DNA of 57,281 nt, filler included, from Platydemus manokwari (Eukaryota): the NCBI GenBank assembly GCA_037951405.1. It is 5 parts of 5 records of this genome, joined end to end, with 100 filler letters (N's around TTAATTAATTAA, not from the genome) between each part and the next. Parts side by side here need not be neighbours in the genome. Positions count along the whole stretch, not along the records: positions 9,032 to 18,512 come from JBBMOY011243096.1; positions 18,613 to 31,154 come from JBBMOY010087787.1; positions 31,255 to 48,142 come from JBBMOY011136994.1; 2 more parts are not named here. One strand, given 5' to 3'. Position numbers and translations under genes: made by a program. Positions within the stretch are counted from its first letter, which is position 1, and the number at the start of each line of letters is the position of its first letter. Positions 14,640 to 31,299 of the stretch are shown one piece after another. The notes under the pieces are model-generated. The model did no database searches and was not told where the DNA came from. It saw only the letters and a list, made by a program, of their open reading frames with translations.

Positions 14640-17375
<2,736 letters not shown>

Positions 17376-18512
17376 TAATAATACTTCGAGATTAACTACA
17401 TGTACAACAGGAAATCTGTTTGCTGTCATAATTACTAATTTTAACTACACTGCGAGATAATGTTTAAGTCTTTCGATGCAGAAACAATTTTGCGGTAATG
17501 TAATATATCCCACATATGTACATCCAAATAGAATGGTTTATTTTCAGATAAAACACTGTAGATAAAAAATGAATTACGATTCGAAAGTCCGAAATATATA
17601 AGTAACTTTGATATGGCCTCCTATATGTTGCATTAATTTCATTATTACATCTGATCGAAAATCAAATAATTTTATTATTTCAAAGTTTAGGGATGTAGTT
17701 TTTGAAAAATCGATGTGATATATTTAATGATGATAAAGTTAGATTTTTGAAATCTTTTGTTTTGAGCGTATGTGATAATTTTTATGATTTTCACATTTTT
17801 TGTAGTATTCCTAGAAATCTTTTTTCAAGATAAATATTGGAAAAATTTGATCACCTTAATTATGTTTATGGAAAGCTTCTATTGTACGATTATCTTACGT
17901 GAATGTAAAATGCATTTATGCAGTTAAAATAAATTTAACAATGTTTTAAGATGTTTGTTGATGAACTACTGACAATAATTTCTCAATACAAATCGCGATT
18001 AATATTTTTCAGTGGTAACTCATTTCTTATTATCATCCAGTCATTATCTATTGTACTTGTTCTCGGAATCTAATGGATATCGGTGTCATCATTAAATGTA
18101 AATCATTTTTCTTATAAATACTTGTTCAACTCAATCACTTGATATTGTTAAATAACTTGTGACATTTCTAAAAATGTTTCTTAGTTTTAAAATTTTCAAA
18201 AAGTTCTTTAATTAATTTTATCTATGGGATTTTTTATGATGTTTCTGCATTTCTTAATATTAAATACATAAATTTCTTGATGATTTATTAGAAATCTTAA
18301 TTATTTAGTTACTTTCATTATAATTTTAAGTATTTCTTAAGTATTGAGAAATCATTGTACGTTCATTTGATTTCATCATTTAATTTCTGAGTATTCTACT
18401 TTTTAAAAACTTACTTTATAAGTGGTAAAATTTTTTTATATTGATATGAAGCTTTTAATTTAATTCAATACACAATGATTATTCCTTTTATGATAACTAA
18501 TTACCAAACAAT

Positions 18513-18612
18513 NNNNNNNNNNNNNNNNNNNNNNNNNNNNNNNNNNNNNNNNNNNNTTAATTAATTAANNNNNNNNNNNNNNNNNNNNNNNNNNNNNNNN
18601 NNNNNNNNNNNN
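18513..18612. other. Artificial contig linker
   Basis: N44-TTAATTAATTAA-N44. Confidence 0.97.
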
Positions 18613-20200
18613 AATTTATATAGAAAAAAGAATAATAAAAAATCTATAATGAAATTACAATCGGGTTAAATATCTTGTCGACCAGTATAGTTTCCATGTC
18701 GATGAATAGTTCATCATTTGTATTATGTAACTTCAAAGAGAAGTTCATTTCTAGAGAACGATAGTGCTCTTCTAGAATGATTGTAGGAATTTTCTTCTTG
18801 CAGATTATGAGTTTCTCTTGATTAGTACTTGCTCTTAGATTCTGGAATTACTCGTATTTTAAGGGTTTCAACTTGAAACCAAGTTGGAATTTGATAACCA
18901 ATGCTTCGTTGATCATCGTTTGGAGTCCATTTTTGTTTATTGGAATAATTGCCATGTCATCAGCATATAAAAGGCTTGAAACTCGATTATTTAAAATTAT
19001 CAGGCCACCAGAAAGACAGCTGTTCATTTGTGCCAATATTGGATTGATAGCTATGTTGAATGAAAGCATGGAGATTGGGCAGACCTATTCGACTTCCTTC
19101 TCAATTTCGATTGGTTTGGTTTTATAATTTCCACATTTGAGAGAAGTTAGAGATATATTATGATTCTGATGGTAGTTTCAGTCAGGCTCATATATTCAAG
19201 AATTGTGAACATCGCTTCAAGATTTAATGAAGAGAAAGCTTCTTCGATGTCTAATAATTTAATGTGAACGTTACAGTTATTTTTCTTGGTGCTACTTCTA
19301 TAATTGCTCGAATTGAAAGATTGTGTTCAGAACATCCGTTATTTGAACCTGGTCTCTCCTGGAGTTAATGTATTAAATTGTTTTCATCAATCTAATTTTT
19401 CAGTTGTTTGCACAGAATAGTTCTGAAAACCTTATAACTGCAGTCGAGCAGAGCAATAGGGTGCCAAGAGCTGACTTGGTGATAGTGGTTCTCTTTCATA
19501 GGTTTAGGTATAATCATTTATGTTGTACATGTTTTCCATTCCTCTGATATTTCTTGATTATCTAAGTATTTTCTGAAAATCTTGTGCATAATCTTTGTCT
19601 CTGGTTCTGCATATAAAATTCTTTTAGAGTTGATCTTCTTTTTTCTAGATGTTGGAAGTTATGGCCGATGTTTATCATATGTCCAAATACCAGTGGCTCT
19701 CTTTCCAACATATTGCATTATAATAATCTGATCTTCATTGTGGGCTCGATTTCTTTAAGTTCTTCTTTGTTCCATATTATTATGAAAATATTTTTACTTT
19801 GATTATTGAAGACATTTGTTTATTCATCATCTATATCATCAGATCTAGGGTCCAGCAAAAGAATTGATTTTTCGTTAAAAATATTACCACTAGGATTTTT
19901 CCAACTAGGATTTCATAGAAGGTGAACAAAAGAGAATTTATCTGTTTTTGAAGTACCGGAACGACAGGAATTCAAGAATATCTTCTACCTCGTTGAGTCC
20001 GAGGGCTCTACCATTAAAAGAAGTGAGTACTAGAAACTCTCGACATTCCAATTCTTTTTTACATATGATGTGTCTTTCCGTGAAGAGGCTATAGTCGTCC
20101 TGATTTTCTGAGGTGGTTGGTTCCATCCCAGTTAAGTGGTTAATCGAATCTTGTGAAATGTTTTGGTTACATTTTCTTCTGATGATTATAACGTCTACAC
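18613..20200 (-). mobile_element. Degenerate non-LTR retrotransposon RT (R2/NeSL-like)
   Basis: Minus-strand motifs SSWHPIALLDCSYKVF, PISMLSFNIAINPIL (a QG-PLSP-LFN equivalent) and SLLYADDMAII; many disablements. The clade call is tentative. Confidence 0.8.
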
Positions 20201-20458
20201 GAATGCAAGATTAGTTTATCAAATTTAGTCGTTAGTAGTTGTCGTTATTTCTTGTCAAGAAGTTTTTTTAACTTTGCGTTTTTCCAAAGTACGTTTTCGT
20301 ATTTGAGTGTGTCGCATATCCTCTCGCATTGGTTTCAGCTTCATTTAAGAATTGGCCACTATTCAGCGGATCAAGTATGCCTCCCTCGAATGAGTAGTCC
20401 ACCAGCATCTCCCCAAGTTGATTTCGTACATTAATTGGAGTAGGAACCGTTTTACATG

Positions 20459-20867
20459 TGTTGGGTTTTGGTCTTATTAGTTCGTATTCCAAAAACAACG
20501 GTGAGTTCTTTAAAGTTGATCTGATTTAAATTCAAATCAACCCTCTGGCTTATCAGTCTTTATTTAATAACTATTTGCTTATGATAACAACTATTGATTA
20601 CTGAAAATCAATTATTTAAAAATAAATCAAAACAAAGTCGGTTCAATGAAAATAATCCTCTATTGAAATCAACACAAGTTACAAATTTTATATAATGAAT
20701 TAAAATTGACAATTAAATTATTAATAAATCGGATCAACAATCAAAGTTATTTACTCTACAACAAACTCTAATTTAACTCAATCAATTTATGGTTTGGGAG
20801 TGGCCAATTCGAATTTAACGAAACGACCTATGGATAATGATTTTAGAAAATATAGATTTTAAAATAT
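20459..20867 (-). repeat. Truncated copy of an LTR-like repeat (same family as 45279-46158)
   Basis: Shares TGTTGGGTTTTGGTCTTATTAGTT, TCAATCAATTTATGGT and AAACGACCTAT...TATAGATTTTAAAATAT with 45279-45720. Confidence 0.75.
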
Positions 20868-23854
20868 GTTGGTTTCAGTTTGCTTTCTTTATTCGCACCT
20901 TGATGTTTACGCCTTGTTTATGCAATATCCAGAATTCCCACAGATGTTCGATTTTCTTTCCATGAAGTCTTCTTAATTTATTAACTCGTCTCCTTGAAAA
21001 TAATATCGCAGGCAGTTTGTGGTCAAGTTTTTAGCTTTTCCAGTCAAGATTTTTGTGTTTATTCATAGGGCTTGATATTATTTTTGACTCGAAATGATCT
21101 TTTGGTTTAATCAATATGTCCGGTATTTTTTCCTAGATCTGCATGGTTTTGCTGAGTTTTCGTTCTTGTACATTCTGCCATAAGGTCGTCCTTCATCTTT
21201 TGATTTTAGAATTTAAATCTTTTGATGAATTAGAGAACGTCGGACCTATTATTTGCTGTAGAAGAACCGTAGAACTTATCAGATACTTTCGCATTATTAC
21301 GATAGAGGAGATGTTACCGTATTGATTTAAGTGGCATTTCAGTGAAATGTGAGCGGGTTCACTAATCAAACTGTCCCAAACTATGGTATACATCTCTATG
21401 GTTAAACTCTTAGCGTTCTGATGTCGATGTTAAGAATTTGTTGGAGTCAATAGCATCATAAATAAGTGGTATCCCTTTTTTCTTGAAATGCATATCATTT
21501 CTTTCTTCCATTTTTCTCGTAGAGTCAGTAGTTAATTATTTTATATTGATTTTTGGATTTTACAACTTAAATCGTGATATAAAACCCCGCATGAGTGATT
21601 CCCTTCTAGAATTTTGTTGTGTCTTCGTATTTATCATTTGTAAACTTACATCATCTAATGTAATGGGATTTGGATCCTTGTTTGAAGTCAAGTTCTGTTT
21701 GATCTGCGAATGCTTTGGGTCTCTTTGCTATGACTCTTCTTCCATTTCACAAATTTCACAACATTTGCATAGGCCAGTCTATCATTGATGTGGTATTGTC
21801 TGTTCTCTATGCGAGTATCCATGGATATTTTTAATTGGGTAATTCGATAAATTTTTCATCAAAACTCTGGCCCACCGATTTAATTGTTTGAAACCGTTCA
21901 GCGTCTACTTTGTTTGGCTTTGGCATTATTACAGTAAGGTGGTTGTGATCTCCTGTTAGCATTTCTTTTTGGACTGGGGATATTATAAGGCTAGTCAACG
22001 TTTTGGGAGTACTCGTTGAAATTGTCTAACCATTTGGGTTGTTTTCTTTGACGAAGAAGTTCGGTTTTTCTCTGGTGATTTGTTTAGAAGTTTCCCCTGA
22101 AACTGAGTTAATAATTAGACTTGTCATCTTTATAGAAATACTTATCAAAGTCATTTTTATTGGTAGATGAAAAAAGTTTTTTTTAAACATTGACCAATAG
22201 ATTTAAATTTAATTAGCTTCTCTAAAGATCGCAATCGAAACGGTTTCGCAGTCTATTTTTTCTTGATTTTTAGTAATTTCCATGTATTACTGAATTCAGT
22301 TAGATTACGCAATATTTAGTAGCTTGAAATATTTCAAAGTTCCACGTGACGTATTCGATTCAAACATCAATCCTTATACATATGTCTATATGTATGTATG
22401 TATTTTAACGAATTGAATTGCTAGTTCTAAAAGGTTTTTAATTCGTTGGTCATCATGCCTTCATGACAGTGTAGATATGTATTTATGTAAAATATAGGGT
22501 TCCAAGGTTGTAATTTATATTCTTTATACGCGACTTATGCAACTAAACTACAGCACAGAAGTGTCGTTTCCTCATTGAAGTATATCTTGGATGTTTTTGA
22601 AAAATATTTTAAAGCATTTTGGAAGACTGTGAGATCTAGAAAAGTAAATCATAACAAGAAATTGGTTTAATCTATTAGCTTTGCTTACGATTCTTTGTTC
22701 TTGTTTCTTTCTGAACTTAGTTTAGAATAAGAATTATTAGAGTTGAGACTGACATCAATTTTACAGAATCAATGTACTCGCTCAAATTAATGATAGTATA
22801 ATTATGTTCGATGGTTTTAGATGTTGTTACACTTCACTGAACGATCGAAAAATAAGATTATATTATGCAATACAATGTCATTAACAAAATTTTATCCATG
22901 TTATTGCAAAGGTAAAGATATAATGCAATTTAAGGGGAGAATTTCTATAAAGGACAAGGTTGAAGTTACAAAAACAACGTTTAAAATTATTTTGAATTTT
23001 AAGAAAATCTCGACTTGAAACTCAAAATCTCAAGAAATGCGCCGAAACTTTGATAGAGGCACTTAAGATTGAAGGATGTTTCATTACTTATTTTATTGAT
23101 GTTTTATTAATTGCAACGTTATTTCTACTTGAACGTTACCTAGTTCATTCAACATAGACGTTCTATTGAACCTTAAAGATCAACTGAGGGTTACAAATAC
23201 CCTGGATATTTTCCTTGTAGAAGTTACAACTTAATTAGGAGGCTAGGGTAATCGTTTTTATCCTTTGTTCCTGAGAAGATCTGAATGAAAATATTTTTGA
23301 AATGGTAAATTCTTGTATTTAATCTGCAGGTTCGGAAAGATTTTAGAGAAAGTTTCATTTAAAGAAGTTTTGATTACTTAGATTTTACAGGTTTGTAAAG
23401 TATATAGTAGTTCATTATATTATTGTTTACGACGATAAATAATATCCTCAAATATAAATTAGTAAAACCAATTGGGTGGAAATGCTATCGGGATAAATTG
23501 TTAGAATGATTTGCTTCTTTATTTGGAAAACATGACTTAAATTAAGAAAAGAAGCCTTTGATCTAATTTTAATGTGATGATTTTTCGTGAGTAATTTAAT
23601 TTAAAATTTTATTTATAATATTATTTTTATTTTATTTCGAATTAAAATTCAATTTTAGATAAAAAAGAATAAAAACAGCGAAATTCTGTCAATAAAAACA
23701 ATCACAATTTGATGTCGATTCAATGTTTTAAATATAAAGTAAGACATTGGTTTTTTATCTATATCTTACAAATCCTTGACTTTGAAATAGAAAGAAGAAG
23801 ATATCGAGAAATCATTAAGTTTTATGTAATAATAAATTTTTAAATATTAGGCTT

Positions 23855-24170
23855 TTTTAAGTTCTTAAATTTAAATTTTTATAATTATAAATCGAGTTAG
23901 TTAACTACAGACAAGTTTAATAATATAATATCACTTGTTTTTATAAAATAATCGTAAAACTTCGGAGTTTTTTCAAATAATCAAATTTCATGAGATTTTG
24001 AAGATTTTAGTCTATTTAATATTTGATTTCAAACAGCTAGAACCCTTCTTAAGTACTTAAATAAAAAATTCAAAATGTTTTTGAAGAGTATAATTAAATA
24101 AACTATATAGATTTTATCAATACTCTCAATAAATTTAAGATTTTATTCTAGGACTTCCTTTTTCAACTTT
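23855..24170 (-). repeat. Dispersed repeat, copy B
   Basis: Direct similarity to 38235-38625, e.g. TTTTTATAATTATAAATCGAGTTAGTTAA and TATAATTAAATAAACTATATAGA. Confidence 0.75.
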
Positions 24171-25173
24171 TGCCGAAAATATATTATTAAAAATCTATAC
24201 AAAATTCAAATAAAATTCACAACAAAAACCGAAATAATACGATGAAATTTTACAAGTAAGCAAGGGAAATCGGTTTCAGCTTTAAATAATTTCAATGAAG
24301 AGACTCAGATAAAAGTTTGAGAAATAATCAAGAGGAAATAACAGTTTAGATAGGTTTTTTGAGCTCAATTTGTTCTATTTTAATGCTTAAGATTTAAATC
24401 CAAGAAGATCCTTTTGGAAAATAAATGAAATAGAACCATGATCATTATATAATCGCGTAGAATGGATGGTCATGTCTTGGAAAAGTATTTTTGAAGCCAA
24501 TTATATGTTTTCACGATAAATTCGAATTCCACACTGGTAGTACACTTATTTAGATTCAATTGAATAATTTCTCAAGGATCATTTAAGATATAGAGTTCAG
24601 ATGATCTCCATTTGATAAACAATGGATTTCTCAGACGAAAATTCAAAAGATTCAGAAAACTTGATCTTTCGAAAATGTTATACTTGTAGACAATTTATCA
24701 AAACAGATAAGATTTGAAGCCATATATGAGATGGGCATTTAAACCAAAATCTACTCTAATAGTTGGAATTTACTCATAAAGTCAATTGTTTCAATAAAAT
24801 TGATAAAAATTATTTTAATCGCACTTTGCCAAAACAAACTGAATAAATTTATTGATTAACATTGAGGATGACATTTTCACTGATAAATTTTGGTCTCGAC
24901 ATTGACAAAATATGTTGCAGTAAACAAAGGATGCCATTGAGATCTGTGATGCCATCAAGAACAGTGAATAGAATGTGTTCAAATGTTGAAGTAGTTGACG
25001 TTACGACCAGTTGTTTCAGATTTCGTTGATAATATCTAGTATGATTGATGAAGTCAGAATATTTTGAGGAAACATTTGGAAGATGATATTTGATCAATGC
25101 TAGGATTTTGTAATATTCCTGAAAAAGACCCATTTGTAAAGATGAATAGTTTTAGCTGGATATTGACGAAAGC

Positions 25174-25888
25174 TTATTGGATACGCTCTAGTATATCCAT
25201 GCTCAGCTTTATCATGAGGCTGAATTGTTTTGATGCTAGGTTATAGAAACCAATTTGTGTTTTCTGTGATAAATGTTTTAGTTTCGTGTAGATGTTCTCA
25301 TCAACTGATAATCGACTTTCGTTGGAATGATCTTCATTTGAAAGATATTTGTTTAGAAGCTTGTCTGTTTGATCCCGAACAAGATTTGTGCCAGTGACAG
25401 ATATATCAAAAATAGTTGAAATTCCAGATTTGACCACATTCAATGATGTAGAAACTTTATCTGTGGTCTTTATAATGATAGTACTGATAATTGGTTGAAG
25501 ATTGCTACGATGTACTTTTGACGGGATATCAATAATGACGCTAGATGGTTCGAGAATTATTGGGTATGTTTTCTCTAAGCGTTCTAGCTGGCTGTTAACG
25601 ACTTCATCAACGAACATTACTGATGGAATGAAAATTACAAACTGTAACGTTATTATAATATCACCGAAACTTACATTTATTTCCAACAATAAATTGGGTA
25701 TTATCCTTGATTGTTTTGACTGTATTTTCAGCTATTGACAGACTATTATCGATGATTAAAGTTTTCGCTTTCAACCAATCATAATATTCAAGTATAGCGG
25801 TAACAGAAACGTTGTCTAGCTGGTAGTTTTGAATTCGTTCGAAATATTTGAAAGAAGTTACATTTCTTGAATCAATGAGACAGGTCAT
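25174..25888 (-). CDS. Perilipin (PAT-domain)-like lipid droplet protein; 3' end unresolved
   Basis: Exon 25888-25675 (YFERIQNYQL...YYDWLKAKTLIIDNSLSIAENTVKTI), a 55-nt GT-AG intron, then the exon from 25619 (VDEVVNSQLERLEKTYPIILEP...LLNKYL). This resembles the PAT consensus RV..LP...Y...K......AE..VK / GLD.LE.K.P.L..P / VD.YLP. Confidence 0.65.
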
Positions 25889-26449
25889 TAACAAATCAAA
25901 ATGTATGAGCCAAGATAATAAATGATGTACAAATAAGAACCGCGTTAGCTCTATACTTGACGATGATCAAAGATCGATGTTGATGGAAGAATTTAAGCAT
26001 GATCTGGTAAAATCAAATCAAATGAATGATTGGCATAATATGTATCACTGTTGCCAAATATAATTTTAACTTATATCCTACAAATTAAATATAAAAATAG
26101 TTGTTTGTGTAAATTCATGAATTAAATGTTCGGCTAAAGTTAAAAATAGGCATCCTAAAATGAAATTTTTAATATGTTGAGTGTAATGCAAAAATATATA
26201 TAGTTTATTTAATTATATTCTTTAAAAAACATTTCCAATTTATTATTTGAGCACCAAAATTTCGTCATTTTTAATATTCCAATCAAAAGTCATGTTTAAA
26301 ACACAACAAAAAATCTATTCGTCAACGCATCATTTTCCAAACAAATTTTAATTATTTGAGTCCATACTATTAATATTCGTTTTATTGTCTCTGCCTACAT
26401 CATTGTTTGCGACATTATCTCTTTTTCCGATTTTCGTTGTTTAATTATA

Positions 26450-28474
26450 GTTTCTTTATATAATCTTTCTTAACTTTTTCATATATAGAGATTATAAGTC
26501 GATGCTTAAATTTTCTCTAAAATATTGAATGGACCTACAAATCTGTTACCTGATTGGTTTGTAAAACGAATTGTCAACCATTACTACATCACCAACTGAT
26601 AATTTATGGGAATATTTCCCTCGGTAATAGTATTCTGCTTGCTTCATTATCTGAGTCCATATTATCATATTTATAACTTGAAAATTTTCCTATGATTATT
26701 CATAAACTATTCCATGATTTTTTTATATGGCCTTGCCTCATATTTGAATAGTTGTGGTTTTCTTCCGGAAAGAATTTCGAATGACGATTACTTCACTCAT
26801 TTGTAAGGTGACATCATTAATCTAGATTCAACATGAATGATAACATCATCCCACATTTAGTGACTCTTCAATGATGATGTAATGATGCATTTCATTGTCT
26901 TAAAAGTTCTCTCAATTAGCCCCTTTGACTGTGGATAACATAGGAAGAAAATTTTTATCTTTATTTCCACACTAATGCCTTGGCAAAATTTTCTGCAATA
27001 ATACGCTTTAATGGAATTTGAGATACATATTTGAAAAAATAATCTGATATCTAGTATAAACCGTTTTCCTTGCTTCATTTCAGGATTAAGCTCTGCAATA
27101 TCGATTCCTACAATTCTGAACTGTTTATTTGTAATTATTGATAAAAATTTAGCTCTATTTCATTTATTAATGTTCTTAGTTGATCAGCACTGAATACATA
27201 ACATCTTTCGTCCAACATAGCCAATAAAATGCGTTTTCATAAACACCGATTGTTTCTTTATCGCGACATGTACTAATTTGTCATGAATCATTCGAACACA
27301 AGTTGAAATACTATATATCGATAAATTCCATTTTTCTTATGGTATAATGCATCACCTCTAATTCTTAAGTATTCTTTATTGTGGAATTTTTGATAAATAT
27401 ATGACATTTCTCCTGACAATTGTATTTATCCTGTATTTATTTTTTTTTATCCTATGCTTGTCTTTATCTGTTTGGATACCGTTTTCGTCAATCATATTTC
27501 CAAATGCTTAATTTACTTTTTTTAAAAAAACACTTAGTTGAAGCCATTTTCAGCGCAGACTGATTGTTTCGATTAAAAACTCTTAGAATTTTATCCAAAT
27601 GCTGAACATAATTGGATTAAATTGAAACTACCTATATCTAGTGCCGAATGCTGTTTTTCGTTTACTTCTTTCCCCAACTCCACTAGATGAAATCCATTTA
27701 CCAAATCTATTGAGGAAAAATATCTAGCTCCTAGTACAGCATCAAATATTTCTTCGGAACTCGGTATAAGAAAATTTTACTGGGCATAGCTGTATTTAGC
27801 TTATTATAATCTACACACATCAAAGTCGCTCCATTCTTTTCCTTACATGCACTATTGGGAAATTTTACGTTGCAGTACTTGGACTTATAACTTTTGATTT
27901 CAACATTCCATCCATCAGATGTTTAACTTTGTCTTCTTACACTAATCGAAATCTACGGGGTTTCATAACTATTGGTTGATCAGTGTTTATTTTCATCTAG
28001 GTTTTTTTCGATGTTTTTTTGAATATCTCATCTAGTCGACCATACAACCAAATTAAATTCTCATTGTCGTCGTAGTTTATTTCATTTATCGCTTCTACCA
28101 AACCTAAATTCATTACTTTAAGAATCTTCTTGCTACCATTCTCAATTTGCTTCAACCTAACCAAAACATATCCGTTATTTGCTTTAAACAATCCAACGTA
28201 TATTATCAAATCCCTCTCTATTTTGTTTATCATATCTGCTACAAAATATACTCTAAAAAACTATCCACTTTTCTGCTATTTCCGTCAATAGCCATAACTT
28301 TTACAAAGAGTTCACAATCTTCCAGCGGCACAGTTTATTATTCTGGATTTCCACTTCTAATTTCGTAGTATTCCGACTTTCAAACCTGACATTTGGCTGT
28401 TTAAAGATTCTATCTGGGTGTTAGAAACAAAAGACATCGCAATCTCTTTTATCTTAATGTAACCGTATTTCTTC
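26450..28474 (-). mobile_element. Degenerate Gypsy pol (protease-RT-integrase remnants), interrupted by a hAT; resumes at 30891-30990
   Basis: RT motifs LMCVDYNKLN and FDAVLGARYFSSIDLVNGFH; integrase YPQSKGLIERTFKTMK; protease end PKCFIGLRYMKKYG is restored across the hAT TSD. Confidence 0.8.
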
Positions 28475-28482
28475 ATATAACG

Positions 28483-30882
28483 CAGTTATTCCCAAACTCT
28501 TTGGGCCTACCGCCCGCTTTTCAGAATAAATATTACTTATCGTCCACAAACTAACCCACACAAATTTTTTTAAACTTTTAGTAGCAATTTATAAAAAAAT
28601 CTTTTTCATTAAATAAATTAAAATGATTTATAAATTAGGTAGAAACAATGCTTTTTGAAAGTAAGAACATATTTATTGCAATTAAAGTAGATTTCAATAC
28701 AAAAACATAAAATTATGTTAATGAGAAGGATAAACCTGGTGTGCTGCTACCAATTTTGTAACATTGGGCTATATGCAAGCGTTTTCTGTTTTTGGTTAAC
28801 AAATTGGCTAACGCACTGAAACCACGCTCTACCAGATATGAAGCAGGAAATGCAATGAGGAACTTTTGAACTACAGCCCATACTTCAGGATAAGCTGTAG
28901 AGATTTCCTTTTGTAACCAAAATTTTTGGTAACCGCTTTTGAATTTAAATTTCAACTCATCATTGGTACTTGTTTCTATCAATTCTTCTTGTAATTGTGG
29001 AGATTCTGCTGCATTTCCACTTAAAAATCCAATCTGGCACATTCATTTTCTAAATATCATCAAATCGTTGACTAAATGTTGAGCATCCAAGTGATCACAA
29101 TAGGATAGCATGTTTTCAATTTTACTTTTTGCTCCTGCTAAATTTGGGAACTGTCTGATTTTCCCTCGTCCAAGGTTTTACTTGTACAAGAATAGCTTTG
29201 CCACAAATGCAGATATTACCGATTTTGTTCTTATTAAATTCACATGATCACCTTGAAGCTGAAGATTGGTTTCATTAAATTTTTGGGAATAAGTCTGTCA
29301 AGTAAGCGATGTCACTTTTGGATTGAATTAAATTGGATCGTAATACATCATCTTTATCTTTCAAGAACTGTAGCACCGAGTTAAACATTTTGTAAAACCT
29401 ATCTAAAAAGACTCCTTTTGACAACCATCGAGCTTCTGTATAAAGCAGCAAACTATTAAACTCTTTATCATTTTCAATACAAATCTGTTTAAATAATTTG
29501 TCATTCAATGATTTACTCCGAATTGTGTAGACAGCTTTAATTACATATTGCAATGCATTATTTAGGCGAGCACTTATATTTTTGGCAACTAGATGTTGAC
29601 AATGGATGACACAGGGAACTGTGAATACATTCGGTACCTCCTTTTTCAAATATGCAAGAAAGCCTTTGTAGCGTCCAATCATCGCTGGAGCACCATCGGT
29701 GGCCAATGATAAAAAATTACTCAGAGGGATTTCTTTTGCTTAAAAAAATTCGTCCATTGTATGGAATACTGAAGTTCCTTTGGTATCGGTTTGCAAATAT
29801 TTTGCAAAAACAATTCTTGACAAATTTATTCTTCCTTTATGAATAGCATTTATGCTAAAAGCAAAGCTTCATTACCTGGCAAAGTTGACTCATCTAGTTG
29901 AAGAGAAAATCGATATGTTTTTAAATATCCACATAATGAGTCTTCAACATCTTCTGCCATTTCATCAATTCTTCTTTGCACTGTGTTATTACTCAAAGAA
30001 ATTTTCTTGATAATATCAAATACTGGCTTATGTAGAACAGTACGTATTACTTCACTCATGGCTGGTATTATTAGTTCTTCGGCAATGGTTTTCCTGATTT
30101 CGCATTCATAAATGAAATGTTGTAACTAGCCAGTCGGTTGTTTAACAAGTTTTTCTTTTAGTGTTTGAAAAAAAGATAAATCTTTATTCTTTTTGTCGCC
30201 ATGGATTTTATTCAAATGTTCTTGTAATCTCGAAGGCTTCATCTCTTCGTTTGATAACACCTTTTGACAAATAAGGCACATTGGTAATGTAATATTTACG
30301 GGCGATTCGATAAATCCGTATTTCAAATATTCAATATTATATTGTCGACGCTTTTTCTTTGCTTAAACCATTATTATCTATGGAGAAATGAAATTTATAT
30401 AGAGGTATTTTCAAAAATATTTTTGTAAAAATCAAATTAAAATTCTGATGTAATTCATAAACATTACATTATTAATTGTAAAGGGCTAATTATTATTACA
30501 AAATATTTAATACTTACCAATTCCAGTTGCACTGTTTGTTATTTAATTTTAACTTCTCGTAATATCACAACAAACTAACCTTTATTTTAGTTTTATTTCA
30601 GTTAATCATTACGGGGAATCCCACTCTACTACCAGACTTCGGTATTGCAAGCGACAAAGCGCACAAGCAGTAGCATTGAGTGCGCCATTATACATACTTC
30701 AATAAAAATTAGTGAGAACGTACAGTACGTTATTTAAAGAGAAATTAAGCGTTTTGAGCAAACGAGATACATCAAAATTTTTAATCATTTTCTTACATTC
30801 TTATAGTATTATCGCCCCCAAATGAGCTTTTATTCACCACCGACTCCCTGGATCCTTGCAGCGCCCAGTTTAGAAATCCATG
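28483..30882 (-). mobile_element. Full-length Buster/Charlie/SPIN-type hAT DNA transposon with a pseudogenised transposase
   Basis: Perfect 8-bp TSD ATATAACG (28475-82 and 30883-90, central TA); imperfect TIRs CAGTTATTCCCAAACT / AGTTTAGAAATCCATG. Fragments: PMCLICQKVLSNEEMKPSRLQEHL (BED finger), FSLQLDEST, ATDGAPAMIG, CVIHCQHL, EARWLSKG, FPASYLVERGFS. Confidence 0.95.
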
Positions 30883-31154
30883 ATATAACGTAATCCAATA
30901 AAACATTTTGGGAATAATTCTGATATTACATAAAAATATGGAAATAATTCTTCTGAGCCAATAACAACTCTTAAATAAACCTGTTCTAAATTATGGATCC
31001 ATTTGCACATCTAATCACGTTAAGAGATCTTCTCATATATATATATATATATATATACATATATACCAGGTTGAGTAAAAAGTTATTCATGTTTTTATGC
31101 AGGTATTTTATTAACACAAATTGTTATAACGCTGAACATATTATTCCTCGAAGT

Positions 31155-31254
31155 NNNNNNNNNNNNNNNNNNNNNNNNNNNNNNNNNNNNNNNNNNNNTT
31201 AATTAATTAANNNNNNNNNNNNNNNNNNNNNNNNNNNNNNNNNNNNNNNNNNNN
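31155..31254. other. Artificial contig linker
   Basis: N44-TTAATTAATTAA-N44. Confidence 0.97.
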
Positions 31255-31299
31255 ATATTTTGACAATTAATTAGCGCCGGTAAATCAGCATTTAATATG

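Noticed and set aside
20880-22100. Possible integrase/RNase H remnant on the minus strand
   Set aside because: Only weak CxxC and IVW hints; too degraded to call.
22221-22250. Minimal hammerhead ribozyme-like CTAAAGA...GAAAC
   Set aside because: The core CUGA is mutated and convincing stems are absent. The other CTGATGA sites I checked (e.g. ~44697, ~56764) lack a properly placed GAAA.
31066-31154. Mariner-like left TIR after a (TA)n run
   Set aside because: Cut by the linker, so the partner TIR cannot be verified.
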